The notes beneath the pieces were generated by a model. That model was not told the origin of the DNA. It saw nothing but the letters and a program-made list of their open reading frames with translations, and did not search any database. DNA of 64,000 nt from Candidatus Kaiserbacteria bacterium RIFCSPHIGHO2_01_FULL_58_22 (GTDB lineage: Bacteria > Patescibacteriota > Minisyncoccia > Phycocordibacterales > UBA2100): positions 17,793-81,792 of the forward strand of contig MFLB01000034.1 of assembly GCA_001781445.1 (NCBI GenBank). The letters run 5' to 3'. Each line of letters begins with the position of its first letter. Position 1 is the first letter of the stretch. Shown piece after piece: positions 18,171 to 27,007 of the stretch. The translations under genes and the position numbers were made by a program.

Positions 18171-18249
18171 CATATTGAAACATTGAGCGCCATAGCATAG
18201 AGAGTGCGGATGGGGATAGTGGGCGTTTCGTTTGCTATCATGTATCGCC

Positions 18250-18636
18250 ATGACGAGAAATCATCTGGACAAATACGCCGCTCCAGTGCTCCGCTTCGGG
18301 CTCGTCATGCTCTTTTTGTGGTTCGGGCTCTCGCAGATCATAAGCCCGGGAGATTGGGTTGCGTGGGTTCCCGAGTTGGCAAGCGCTCTTATGCCTGCGC
18401 ATACCATCATACTTTTGAACGGCGCATTCGAGACCATTCTAGGCCTTGCGCTTGCGGCGGGTTTCTACACGCGCATCGCGGCGCTCCTTCTCTCACTCCA
18501 CCTCTTTTTCATCGCGTGGGAGATCGGCTACAACGACGTCGGTGTCCGCGATTTCGCGCTCGCTGTTTGCGCGCTCTCGCTCGCTCTTTTTTCACCTGAT
18601 CAGTACACGCTTGATAAACGTCTACGAAAAGAGTAA
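18250..18636 (+). CDS. DoxX-family membrane protein
   Basis: LRFGL, E..LG, GFYTRIAA, VRD. Confidence 0.8.
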   Translation: MTRNHLDKYAAPVLRFGLVMLFLWFGLSQIISPGDWVAWVPELASALMPAHTIILLNGAFETILGLALAAGFYTRIAALLLSLHLFFIAWEIGYNDVGVRDFALAVCALSLALFSPDQYTLDKRLRKE

Positions 18637-18645
18637 GGTCTCGCA

Positions 18646-19413
18646 ATGGAGAGATTCATCCAGCGCATCGCCAAAAAAGCCGGCGACGCCGTACTCGAGA
18701 AATTCGGCAAATTTGGCGTTCACTATTTGAAATCGGAACACCGCGGAGATGCAGTGACAAAAGCAGACCTTATCGCTGATAAAATTATAACGAGCGCGAT
18801 CAAGAAGACCTATCCCTCTCATGGGATTATCTCGGAGGAAAGCGGAAGGACGCGCGAAGACGCTGAATATGTATGGATCACCGACCCTATAGACGGAACT
18901 TTCAATTTTGCGACAAGCGTGCCCCTCTTCGGGGTGATGGTCGCGCTAGCACGCAAGGGAATTGTTGAACTTTCCGCGATCTATTTGCCGACGACAAAGG
19001 AATTCTTTTTTGCGAAGCGTGGCAAAGGATCATTCTTGAACGGGAAGAAAATACATTGTTCTCGTGTCACGGACTTCACTGTGTCCGCTGGGATAGGGCC
19101 AACATGGCTTCGACCACGGGCAATAAAATTCATGTCAAGACTCCTGAAACATTCCGAGAATATGAACGTGATGTTCAATGGCTACGGGAGTATCGCGGTC
19201 GACGCTGCGTATATGGCGGCAGGTCGAAGGGATTGGTTTGTCGGTTTTGGTGCTCATGTGCACGACTACGCACCCATATCGCTTCTCATGAAAGAATCAG
19301 GTTGCAGGATATCGAACGCGAAAGGTAGACCGTGGACCATCCTAGACACCGAGATTGTCGCCGCAAATCCCACTCTGCACAAACAGCTTTTGAAGCTCAC
19401 GAAGAACGTATAA
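18646..19413 (+). CDS. Inositol monophosphatase family protein
   Basis: VTKAD, SEE, WITDPIDGTFNF, HDYA. Confidence 0.88.
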   Translation: MERFIQRIAKKAGDAVLEKFGKFGVHYLKSEHRGDAVTKADLIADKIITSAIKKTYPSHGIISEESGRTREDAEYVWITDPIDGTFNFATSVPLFGVMVALARKGIVELSAIYLPTTKEFFFAKRGKGSFLNGKKIHCSRVTDFTVSAGIGPTWLRPRAIKFMSRLLKHSENMNVMFNGYGSIAVDAAYMAAGRRDWFVGFGAHVHDYAPISLLMKESGCRISNAKGRPWTILDTEIVAANPTLHKQLLKLTKNV

Positions 19414-19423
19414 GTGGCAGTGC

Positions 19424-19461
19424 CACTACACTTGACTAAAGCACTGTAGTTTGCTAAAGTA
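19424..19461 (+). promoter_or_regulatory. his operon promoter overlapped by HisR-like palindromic sites
   Basis: TTGACT(19432)-17-TAAAGT(19455); CACTGTA-N6-TAAAGTA at 19442-19461 and a weaker copy at 19424-19443. Confidence 0.7.
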
Positions 19462-19466
19462 TCAGG

Positions 19467-19748
19467 ATGAACTGGAGTAGTCCGGCAAATACGGCCTTGA
19501 TCAAGGCTTTTCTGGCACTCAAGAGTGCGCGGGAGGCGCGCTCCTTTTTGCGCGACCTTCTCACCGAAACAGAGCTAGAAGAATTTGCAAAACGCCTCAA
19601 GACGGCGTCTCTGCTTGCCAAGAAAGTCCCGTACTCGACGATCGAGGCGGAGACCGGACTTAGTTCGACGACAATCGCGCGCGTCGCTCATTGGCTCCAT
19701 CGCGGCATGGGTGGGTATCGCTTGGTGCTTAAGCGTCTTAAACAGTAA
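19467..19748 (+). CDS. YerC/YecD TrpR-like repressor (HisR)
   Basis: FLRDLLT..E, R, YSTIEAETGLSSTTIARV, GMGGY; first gene of his operon. Confidence 0.88.
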   Translation: MNWSSPANTALIKAFLALKSAREARSFLRDLLTETELEEFAKRLKTASLLAKKVPYSTIEAETGLSSTTIARVAHWLHRGMGGYRLVLKRLKQ

Positions 19749-19770
19749 AAAATACATAACACCAGCGAAC

Positions 19771-19794
19771 CCGCCTCCAAGGGGTGGTTTTCTC
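19771..19794 (+). terminator. Terminator-like hairpin between regulator and hisG
   Basis: CCGCCTC-CAA-GGGGTGG followed by TTTTCTC. Confidence 0.4.
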
Positions 19795-19803
19795 AAAACA
19801 ATT

Positions 19804-20427
19804 ATGATGCATCTCATATACAACCAAGAACGACTGCGCATCGCGGTGCAAAAGAAGGGCAGGCTCCACGAAGCGAGCATGAAATACCTCTCTTCGCGCG
19901 GACTCTCGTTCCCACAAAACGGCAAATCGCTCATTCAGTCATCCGAGGATTCCGATGTCGATGTTCTCTACTTGCGGGACGATGACATCCCGGAATATGT
20001 CATGCGAGGTGTTGCAGATCTCGGTATCGTCGGGGAAAATGTACTCGCCGAACGGGATAAGCAACTCTCCATCGTCGCGAAACTGGGCTTCGGAGAATGC
20101 AAACTCATAATCGCGGTGCCGAAGAATTCGAGGATGAAGGTTCCGGCGGACCTGCGGGGCAAACGCATTGCAACGTCATACCCAAACTTGCTCAGCGCTT
20201 TCCTCAAGAAAGAAGGCGTTGAAGCCGAAATCGTGTCTATTTCCGGTTCGGCGGAAATTACGGTCGAACTCGATCTTGCCGACGCGGTCTGCGACATCAC
20301 GCAGACGGGCGCTACGCTCGCGGCGCACGAGCTTGTGCCAATCGTTACCATAATGGAATCTCAAGCGGTACTCATCGAAAGTGCCGGGAAGAGCATGCGG
20401 AAACAGGATTTTTTAAAAGGGTTATGA
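19804..20427 (+). CDS. hisG: ATP phosphoribosyltransferase, 207 aa, catalytic core only
   Basis: RLRIAVQKKGRL, RDDDIP, ADLGIVG, IATSYP, GSAE, DITQTGATL. Confidence 0.93.
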   Translation: MMHLIYNQERLRIAVQKKGRLHEASMKYLSSRGLSFPQNGKSLIQSSEDSDVDVLYLRDDDIPEYVMRGVADLGIVGENVLAERDKQLSIVAKLGFGECKLIIAVPKNSRMKVPADLRGKRIATSYPNLLSAFLKKEGVEAEIVSISGSAEITVELDLADAVCDITQTGATLAAHELVPIVTIMESQAVLIESAGKSMRKQDFLKGL

Positions 20428-21707
20428 AAACACTCTCAACCAAAAAAGAATCCATCACTGCGCTCATAAAGCGCCTCCGGCGCGCGCGAAGCAAACGGAG
20501 CGACGTGGAAGATTCGGTACGGCGAATTGTCGATGACGTGCGGCGAAGAGGCGATCGCGCGCTTATCGATCTTACGAAGAAATTCGATGGCGTCGCTCTG
20601 AAGCGCTTGCGGGTGTCTGAAGCGGAAATACGCACGGCGTACCGCATTGAATCGAGAGACGTTGTCCGAGCGCTCAAGAGCGCCCGCGCCGCCATTGCAA
20701 AATTCCACGCGCAAAACGTGAAAAGGGAGAAAGCGGTCGAAACGCAGAAAGGCGTGCGGGTATGGCGCGAATTCCGGCCCATCGAGAACGTCGGCCTCTA
20801 TGTGCCGGGAGGCAAGGCCGCGTATCCGTCTACCGTTTTGATGCTTGGCGTTCCGGCGAAACTGGCTGGATGCAAAGAGGTGGTGCTCTGCGTCCCGCCG
20901 GATAGGAGTGGCAAAGTCCCGAGTGCGGTGCTCGTGGCGGCAGATCTGTGCGGCATCTCGAAGATTTTCAAAGTGGGCGGCGCGCAGGCAATCGCGGCCC
21001 TTGCATACGGCACGAAGACCATCCCGAAAGTTTCAAAGATATTCGGGCCGGGGAACCAGTACGTGACGACTGCCAAGATGCAAGTCTTCGGAGAAGTCGA
21101 CATCGACATGCCCGCCGGGCCCTCGGAGGTACTCGTGCTCGCGGATGCGAGCGCGAATCCCGCATGGGTCGCCGCAGACCTACTCTCCCAGCTCGAACAC
21201 GGGGAAGATTCGCAAGCCATTCTCGTCACCCCTGATGCGAAGTTTGCCGCAGACGTCGTGAAGAACGTCAATGAGCAGGTCAAAACGCTGAGCCGCGGAG
21301 CGATCATCGGGAAATCCCTCAAGCGGAGCTTTGCCGTTGTCGTGAAATCGATTGACGAAGCGTGCCGCTTTATCAATGAGTATGCGCCGGAGCACTTGGA
21401 AATCGTGCTCAAAAAGAATGAAGCAAAGGTTCTGAAGAAAATCGAGAATGCCGGCTCCATCTTCCTTGGCCCGTACGCGTCCGAACCGTTGGGTGATTAC
21501 GCAACAGGCGCGAACCACACGTTGCCGACATCGGGATTCGCGAAGATGTTTTCAGCCCTCTCGGTCGAATCATTTGGCAAGAAGATGCAAATACAGCGCG
21601 TCTCAAAGCGCGGGATCGCGAATCTCCGCAAAACAGTCGAAACGCTGGCAGATCGGGAGGGCCTTGATGCTCACAAGAGGGCTGTCGGTATCCGCTTCAA
21701 AAAATAA
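20424..21707 (+). CDS. hisD: Histidinol dehydrogenase
   Basis: GLYVPGG, GPGN, IDMPAGPSE, APEHL, GDYATGANHTLPT. Confidence 0.96.
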   Translation: MKTLSTKKESITALIKRLRRARSKRSDVEDSVRRIVDDVRRRGDRALIDLTKKFDGVALKRLRVSEAEIRTAYRIESRDVVRALKSARAAIAKFHAQNVKREKAVETQKGVRVWREFRPIENVGLYVPGGKAAYPSTVLMLGVPAKLAGCKEVVLCVPPDRSGKVPSAVLVAADLCGISKIFKVGGAQAIAALAYGTKTIPKVSKIFGPGNQYVTTAKMQVFGEVDIDMPAGPSEVLVLADASANPAWVAADLLSQLEHGEDSQAILVTPDAKFAADVVKNVNEQVKTLSRGAIIGKSLKRSFAVVVKSIDEACRFINEYAPEHLEIVLKKNEAKVLKKIENAGSIFLGPYASEPLGDYATGANHTLPTSGFAKMFSALSVESFGKKMQIQRVSKRGIANLRKTVETLADREGLDAHKRAVGIRFKK

Positions 21708-21708
21708 T

Positions 21709-22746
21709 ATGATCGATAACCTCGTCAGGAAAAATGTAAAAAACCTGAAGCCGTATGCCTCGGCGCGCTCTCTTTACCAGGAGGGGGTCTTCTTCGATGC
21801 CAATGAAAACGCGCTCGGAAGCACTGTTACGGTCCCGGATGTTCCGGACCTGAACCGCTATCCCGATCCGAAATCCGCCGATCTGCGGAAAGCCATCGCG
21901 GCATACGTTGGAGTCGATCCGGCGCAGGTGTTCGTGGGGAACGGCTCCGACGAGGCAATCGATCTTCTCATCCGCGTGTTTGTCGAGCCGAATGAAGCCG
22001 TCATAATCGTTGAGCCGACATATGGCATGTACAAGGTAGCGGCCGAGACAGCAGGGGTGGAAATACGTCCGTGGCCTCTCACCGGTTCCTTCCAGCTCGA
22101 CCTCTCATCTCTCGGTACTGTCTCCGCGGGGGCAAAACTCATCTTTTCCTGCTCGCCCAACAATCCGACAGGAAATCTGCTCCCCATCGAGGATGTGCGG
22201 GGGCTCTGCTCGAAATTCAAGGGCATTGTCGTCCTTGATGAAGCATACATAGAATTTGCCTCTCAGCCTTCATTGGCGGAAAAAGTCCGTGAGATTGAAA
22301 ATCTCGTCGTACTTCGGACGTTCTCCAAGGCGTGGGGGCTGGCGGGGATTCGCGTCGGCTATGCGATCGCACATCCGAAGGTAATAGGGTATATGGACAG
22401 AATAAAGGCGCCTTACAACCTCGGCCGCGTGAGCGCCGCGCTTGCGCAGAGGGCGCTCAAGAATAAAGATGATATGCTTCGCATGCGGGAGCGCATCCTC
22501 GCCGAGCGCTTGCGCGTCGCGAGGGAGCTCAAGGAGGTGAATTTCAACGTATTCGAAAGCGAGGCGAATTTTCTCTTGGTGCAGTATCCCGGTATGTCAA
22601 AAATCGCAACAATACTCGCCGAAGAATACGGGCTCATTATCCGGGATTTTAGCGGGAGGGAACGGCTCGAAGATTGCGCGCGCATCACCATCGGGACGCC
22701 GGAGCAAAACGACCGATTAGTAGAGACTCTAAAGAAGATCGTATGA
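21709..22746 (+). CDS. hisC: Histidinol-phosphate aminotransferase
   Basis: DANEN, NRYPDP, GNGSDE, SPNNPTG, RTFSKAWGLAG. Confidence 0.95.
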   Translation: MIDNLVRKNVKNLKPYASARSLYQEGVFFDANENALGSTVTVPDVPDLNRYPDPKSADLRKAIAAYVGVDPAQVFVGNGSDEAIDLLIRVFVEPNEAVIIVEPTYGMYKVAAETAGVEIRPWPLTGSFQLDLSSLGTVSAGAKLIFSCSPNNPTGNLLPIEDVRGLCSKFKGIVVLDEAYIEFASQPSLAEKVREIENLVVLRTFSKAWGLAGIRVGYAIAHPKVIGYMDRIKAPYNLGRVSAALAQRALKNKDDMLRMRERILAERLRVARELKEVNFNVFESEANFLLVQYPGMSKIATILAEEYGLIIRDFSGRERLEDCARITIGTPEQNDRLVETLKKIV

Positions 22747-23810
22747 AAAAGCAACAGAAGAAATCTCCGATGAAAGTCGCGTTTCTCGATCGCGATGGCA
22801 CTCTCATTTTCGAGCCGCCGGTGACTGAACAAGTGAACGGACCCGAGCAGTTGCGCATTTTGCCGGGTGTTGTCGAGGGGCTGAAAAAGCTCATCGCCGA
22901 AGGGTTTGCGTTGGTTATGGTTACGAATCAGGACGGACTTGGTAGCCGTTCATATCCCCAGAAGAATTTCGACGCGGTTCAGGGCGCGCTGTTCAAGCGC
23001 TTGAAAAAAGAGGGGGTTCAGTTTTATCGGATTTTCATTTGTCCGCACTTCCCGAAGGAAAAGTGTGCATGCCGCAAGCCGAAAGTCGGCCTCCTGAAGG
23101 GTTTTCTCAAGAAAGCATCCGTTGATCGCGGAGCATCTATAGTCGTGGGAGATCACGATTCGGACGAAGAATTCGCAAAAAATATCGGCATTCGATTCTA
23201 CCGAATGGAAACGAATGGCGCGTTTCCGCGCTTTGCGTCTCTCAAGCGAGAGACGAAAGAAACCGCCATTTTGGCAGAGTGTAATCTCGACGGCACCGGC
23301 GCTTTCAGCATCAGTACGGGGTTACGTTTTTTCGACCACATGCTAGAGCAATTTTCGAAGCACTCCCTCATAGACCTTCGAATCAAGGCGAAGGGGGATT
23401 TGGATATAGACGACCACCACACGATCGAAGACGTCGGTCTCGCTCTCGGGGAAACGCTGAAGAATGCCCTCGGCGAGCGCCGCGGCATCAAGCGGTACGG
23501 CTTTCTCCTGCCCATGGACGACGTGCTCGTGGAGTGCGCCGTCGATCTCGGCGGGCGCCCGTATTTGGCGTTTAATGCGTCGTTCAAGCGCGAGAAGGTC
23601 GGCGATCTTCCGACCGAGATGGTAGAGCACTTCTTCCGGTCGGTAGCCGAAACCTTGAAAGCGAACATCCACATCAATGTGAAATACGGCACGAATGAGC
23701 ACCACAAGATTGAAGCGATCTTCAAGGCGTTCGCTAAGGCAATGAAGGATGCCGTTGCCTTGGATCCTCGCCGGAAGAATGAACTTCCCACGACCAAGGG
23801 GGTTCTATGA
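22743..23810 (+). CDS. hisB: Bifunctional histidinol-phosphatase / imidazoleglycerol-phosphate dehydratase
   Basis: FLDRDGT HAD domain plus FFDHML, DDHHTIED, NEHHKIE, PTTKG. Confidence 0.95.
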   Translation: MKKQQKKSPMKVAFLDRDGTLIFEPPVTEQVNGPEQLRILPGVVEGLKKLIAEGFALVMVTNQDGLGSRSYPQKNFDAVQGALFKRLKKEGVQFYRIFICPHFPKEKCACRKPKVGLLKGFLKKASVDRGASIVVGDHDSDEEFAKNIGIRFYRMETNGAFPRFASLKRETKETAILAECNLDGTGAFSISTGLRFFDHMLEQFSKHSLIDLRIKAKGDLDIDDHHTIEDVGLALGETLKNALGERRGIKRYGFLLPMDDVLVECAVDLGGRPYLAFNASFKREKVGDLPTEMVEHFFRSVAETLKANIHINVKYGTNEHHKIEAIFKAFAKAMKDAVALDPRRKNELPTTKGVL

Positions 23811-24397
23811 ACATCTCGGTCATAGACTATGGGGCGAGCAATTTGCAGAGCGTCGGCAATGCGCTCGAGAAGTTGGGAGTATCGTTCGACGTCATCACGA
23901 CGCCGGAAGGATTGAAAGGCACCGACAAGGTCATTCTGCCCGGCGTGGGCGCCGCCGGAAGCGCGATGCAAGCGCTCATGGCGCGCGGATTTGCCGCCGC
24001 CTTGCCGAATCTCACGGTCCCCATACTCGGAGTGTGTCTTGGTCTGCAGCTTTTCGCACGCATGAGTGAGGAGGACAATACGACATGCCTCGGCATTCTC
24101 CCGGGCGATGTGAAGCGTCTTCGCACCGAGCTAAAAGTGCCGCACATGGGATGGAATCGCGTTCGCTTGCTCAAGGATTCACCGCTCACAAAAGGAATTC
24201 CAGATGGCAGTTTCTTCTATTTCGTAAACTCCTACTATCTACCTGTCGGCGAATTCACAACGGGAGAAACGATATACGATGTGCCACTTACCGCGATAGC
24301 GCAAAGGGGAAATTTCTACGGCACGCAGTTCCACCCCGAAAAATCGGCGGAGTGGGGCATGAAGATACTCGATAACTTCTGCCGCCTATCCCGGTAG
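23807..24397 (+). CDS. hisH: Imidazole glycerol phosphate synthase glutaminase subunit
   Basis: LPGVG, GVCLG, PHMGWN, QFHPEKS. Confidence 0.95.
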   Translation: MNISVIDYGASNLQSVGNALEKLGVSFDVITTPEGLKGTDKVILPGVGAAGSAMQALMARGFAAALPNLTVPILGVCLGLQLFARMSEEDNTTCLGILPGDVKRLRTELKVPHMGWNRVRLLKDSPLTKGIPDGSFFYFVNSYYLPVGEFTTGETIYDVPLTAIAQRGNFYGTQFHPEKSAEWGMKILDNFCRLSR

Positions 24398-24535
24398 TGA
24401 AATGTGCCTTAGGCTTACACAAATCTATGGAAACAAATAACGAATGTATCCAAAGTGCAACACGCGAGAGTTCATGGTTCACGCCGCGCCAAGACGGCGT
24501 GCCGCTTGGCGCAAAGGCACATTCTACCAACCGGG
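24390..24535. mobile_element. 146-bp MITE-like insertion with imperfect ~22-bp terminal inverted repeats and TAT flanks
   Basis: CCCGGT..AATGTGCCTT / AAGGCACATT..ACCGGG; TAT at 24387-24389 and 24536-24538. Confidence 0.65.
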
Positions 24536-24536
24536 T

Positions 24537-26009
24537 ATGCTGATAATTCCGGCAATAGACATCCTCGACGGGAAATGCGTGCGGCTTACGCGCGGCGAAT
24601 ACGTTACGCAAAAGATATACGGCGATCCGCTGAAGTTCGCGAAACAGCTCGAAAGCGACGGCGCGCGCATGCTCCACGTCGTTGATCTCAACGGCGCGCG
24701 CGACGGCGCGCCCGCGAACCGCGAGCTCATCATGCGGATATGCTCGGCGGTTTCCATTCCCGTCGAGGTCGGGGGAGGCATACGAAAAGCGGAGACGGCG
24801 CGGGCGTATCTCGCCGCGGAAGCGGCGCGCGTCGTAACAGGCACGAGGGCCATGGACGACATGGACTTCGTCGGTGAGCTCATACGCGAGTTCGGCGCTT
24901 CACGCATCGTCGTCGCGCTGGAAATAAAGGGCGGGAAGGTCGCCGTCAAGGGATGGCAGTCCACGGTGCACAAGGACTATCGCGAGCTCGCGCGCGAGCT
25001 CAAGGCCCGCGGCGTTACCGAGCTCCTCTTTACCGACGTCGAGCGGGACGGCACGCTGACGGAGCCCAACTTCGAAGTGGTGCGGGAACTCGCCGCTCTC
25101 GGGTTCAACGTCATCGCCTCGGGGGGCGTTTCGGACGTGCAAGCGATACGAAAACTTCGGGAGCTCGGCGCCGCAAGCGCGATAATCGGCAAAGCGCTCT
25201 ACGAGGAGAAGATGACGCTCGGAGAGGCCGAGGAAGCCGCGCGGCCGCTTTCCGGATTGGCGAAGCGCATCGTTCCGTGTCTCGACGTCAAGGACGGGAA
25301 GGTGGTGAAGGGAATTTCGTTCGAGAATCTTCAAATCGTTGGCGATCCGGCGGCGCTCGGCAAGAAATATTCCGCGGAAGGAGCCGATGAACTCGTTTTT
25401 CTCGATATCTCCGCATCGAAGGAAGGAAGGGAAACGATGTTCAGCGTTGTCGAGCAGGTTGCGAAGGAAGTCTTCATTCCTTTCACCGTCGGCGGCGGCA
25501 TCTCGAGCGTGGAGCAGATGCGGCGGCTTCTCCACCTCGGAGCCGAAAAGGTTTCAATCAATACAGCGGCCGTCAAAGACCCTTCTCTCATCACGGCAGG
25601 TTCGAAGGCTTTCGGCTCACAAGCTATCGTCGTTGCAATAGACGCGAAGCGCGTAGGAACAGGATGGAAAGTGTTTTTGAGAGGCGGCTCTGAAGAAACA
25701 CAGCTCGACGCGATAGCGTGGGCGAAAGAAGCAGAAACACGAGGCGCAGGAGAAATACTGCTTACTTCGATGGACAAAGATGGGCAGAAATCCGGATACG
25801 ATATCGAGCTTTTGCGACGAGTCTCGGAGGCAGTGCGCATTCCCGTCGTCGCTTCCGGCGGGGCCGGTTCGCTCGAAGACCTGAAACGCGCGCTTACCGA
25901 CGGCTCGGCCGATGCGGCGCTCGTCGCGAGCCTTTTCCACTACGGGGAGTATAGTATTACAGACGCCAAGGAATACCTCGCGAAAGAGGGTATTTCGATG
26001 CGCACATAA
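24537..26009 (+). CDS. HisA-HisF fusion protein, 490 aa
   Basis: MLIIPAID...IIGKALY (HisA), then in frame [11 protein letters not shown]...PVVASGG (HisF), no stop between. Confidence 0.92.
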   Translation: MLIIPAIDILDGKCVRLTRGEYVTQKIYGDPLKFAKQLESDGARMLHVVDLNGARDGAPANRELIMRICSAVSIPVEVGGGIRKAETARAYLAAEAARVVTGTRAMDDMDFVGELIREFGASRIVVALEIKGGKVAVKGWQSTVHKDYRELARELKARGVTELLFTDVERDGTLTEPNFEVVRELAALGFNVIASGGVSDVQAIRKLRELGAASAIIGKALYEEKMTLGEAEEAARPLSGLAKRIVPCLDVKDGKVVKGISFENLQIVGDPAALGKKYSAEGADELVFLDISASKEGRETMFSVVEQVAKEVFIPFTVGGGISSVEQMRRLLHLGAEKVSINTAAVKDPSLITAGSKAFGSQAIVVAIDAKRVGTGWKVFLRGGSEETQLDAIAWAKEAETRGAGEILLTSMDKDGQKSGYDIELLRRVSEAVRIPVVASGGAGSLEDLKRALTDGSADAALVASLFHYGEYSITDAKEYLAKEGISMRT

Positions 26010-26012
26010 GAT

Positions 26013-26612
26013 ATGACAAAAAAACTCAACATTGATTGGAAGAAGGGAGGGGGTTTCGTGCCAGCCATTGTGCAAGATGCCGAAACGCGGGCCGTCTTGA
26101 TGCTCGGTTATATGAACAAAGCGGCGCTCACGAAGACACTCAAGACGAAGAAGGTTTGGTTTTGGAGCAGAAGCAAGAAGCGTCTCTGGATGAAAGGGGA
26201 GTTCAGCCGGAACATCCTGCAATTCACGGGTTATGAAATTGATTGCGACGGAGACGCGCTCCTCGTGAAAGCCCGACCCGCGGGGCCCACCTGCCACACG
26301 GGCGACTATTCCTGTTTCGGCGAGAAGAAGGCGAGAGATGTGTTCGCCGAACTTGCCGCCGTCATCGCGGAGCGCAAAAAGAAAATGCCCGTCGGCTCCT
26401 ACACCACCTCGCTTTTCAAGGCAGGAGTGGGGAAAATAACGGCAAAAGTAAAGGAGGAAGCACTCGAGGTCGTTAAAGCCGCCAAAAAGGAAACCAAAAA
26501 ACGCCTGACTGAAGAAACTGTCGACCTCGTCTACCACCTCCTCGTCCTTCTCGCGGAGAAGAACGTCTCGTTTTCCGAGATAGGCAAAGAAATCCGAAAG
26601 CGCCGCGCGTGA
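26013..26612 (+). CDS. hisI: Bifunctional phosphoribosyl-AMP cyclohydrolase / PR-ATP pyrophosphatase
   Basis: WSRS..LWMKGE, DCDGD, CHTG..SCF, SYT, KVKEEA, DLVYH. Confidence 0.95.
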   Translation: MTKKLNIDWKKGGGFVPAIVQDAETRAVLMLGYMNKAALTKTLKTKKVWFWSRSKKRLWMKGEFSRNILQFTGYEIDCDGDALLVKARPAGPTCHTGDYSCFGEKKARDVFAELAAVIAERKKKMPVGSYTTSLFKAGVGKITAKVKEEALEVVKAAKKETKKRLTEETVDLVYHLLVLLAEKNVSFSEIGKEIRKRRA

Positions 26613-26663
26613 TCCGGGAGCCGTTCACGAAAAGCACACGCGCATCGTGGACAATGAGCGCGT

Positions 26664-26786
26664 ATGCTCAAACTGCTTCTCGCCCTGTTCGTATTCTTTT
26701 TTCTGGTCGAGCTCGCAACCGCGATCCTCACGCTCCTCTCGCGACCGGACATCGGCGGAAGCCGGGAACAACCCATTGCGGGATAG
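26664..26786 (+). CDS. 40-aa single-TM small protein (not in ORF track)
   Basis: MLKLLLALFVFFFLVELATAILTLLSRPDIGGSREQPIAG. Confidence 0.5.
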   Translation: MLKLLLALFVFFFLVELATAILTLLSRPDIGGSREQPIAG

Positions 26787-26825
26787 GACCGCGCAAACGT
26801 TGTCCCCACCGTTCGCGATACGCGC

Positions 26826-26853
26826 TTGACGCGAAGGCGAGGGCGTATAGAAT
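26826..26853 (+). promoter_or_regulatory. Sigma70-type promoter
   Basis: TTGACG-16-TAGAAT; ATG 7 nt downstream. Confidence 0.65.
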
Positions 26854-26860
26854 CAGGCGA

Positions 26861-26923
26861 ATGAAATCCCGATCAATGTGTCGCCTCTGCTGTCTGCAGG
26901 CCCCTTTTGAGGTCGGGTGTTAA
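26861..26923 (+). CDS. Candidate 20-aa Cys-rich leader peptide MKSRSMCRLCCLQAPFEVGC
   Basis: 4 Cys codons; 3' half is complementary to the downstream terminator. Confidence 0.5.
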   Translation: MKSRSMCRLCCLQAPFEVGC

Positions 26924-26944
26924 ATTTTCTTTTTTTGAAAATTA

Positions 26945-26980
26945 GCGAACGGCCTCGAAGGGGGCCGTTCGCGCTTTTAT
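26945..26980 (+). terminator. Intrinsic terminator-like hairpin (candidate attenuator)
   Basis: GCGAACGGCCTC-GAAG-GGGGCCGTTCGC then GCTTTTAT. Confidence 0.7.
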
Positions 26981-27007
26981 CGCTTTCACCGATCCTAACA
27001 CAAAACC

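Noticed and set aside
19585-19803. N-terminal extension making HisG 280 aa
   Set aside because: Overlaps the regulator gene in another frame; HisG similarity starts near 19804.
19749-19803. His-rich leader peptide before hisG
   Set aside because: No start codon with a run of His codons; only an isolated CAT.
24444-24536. 31-aa N-terminal extension of HisA
   Set aside because: Lies inside the inserted element; the canonical MLIIPAID start is at 24537.
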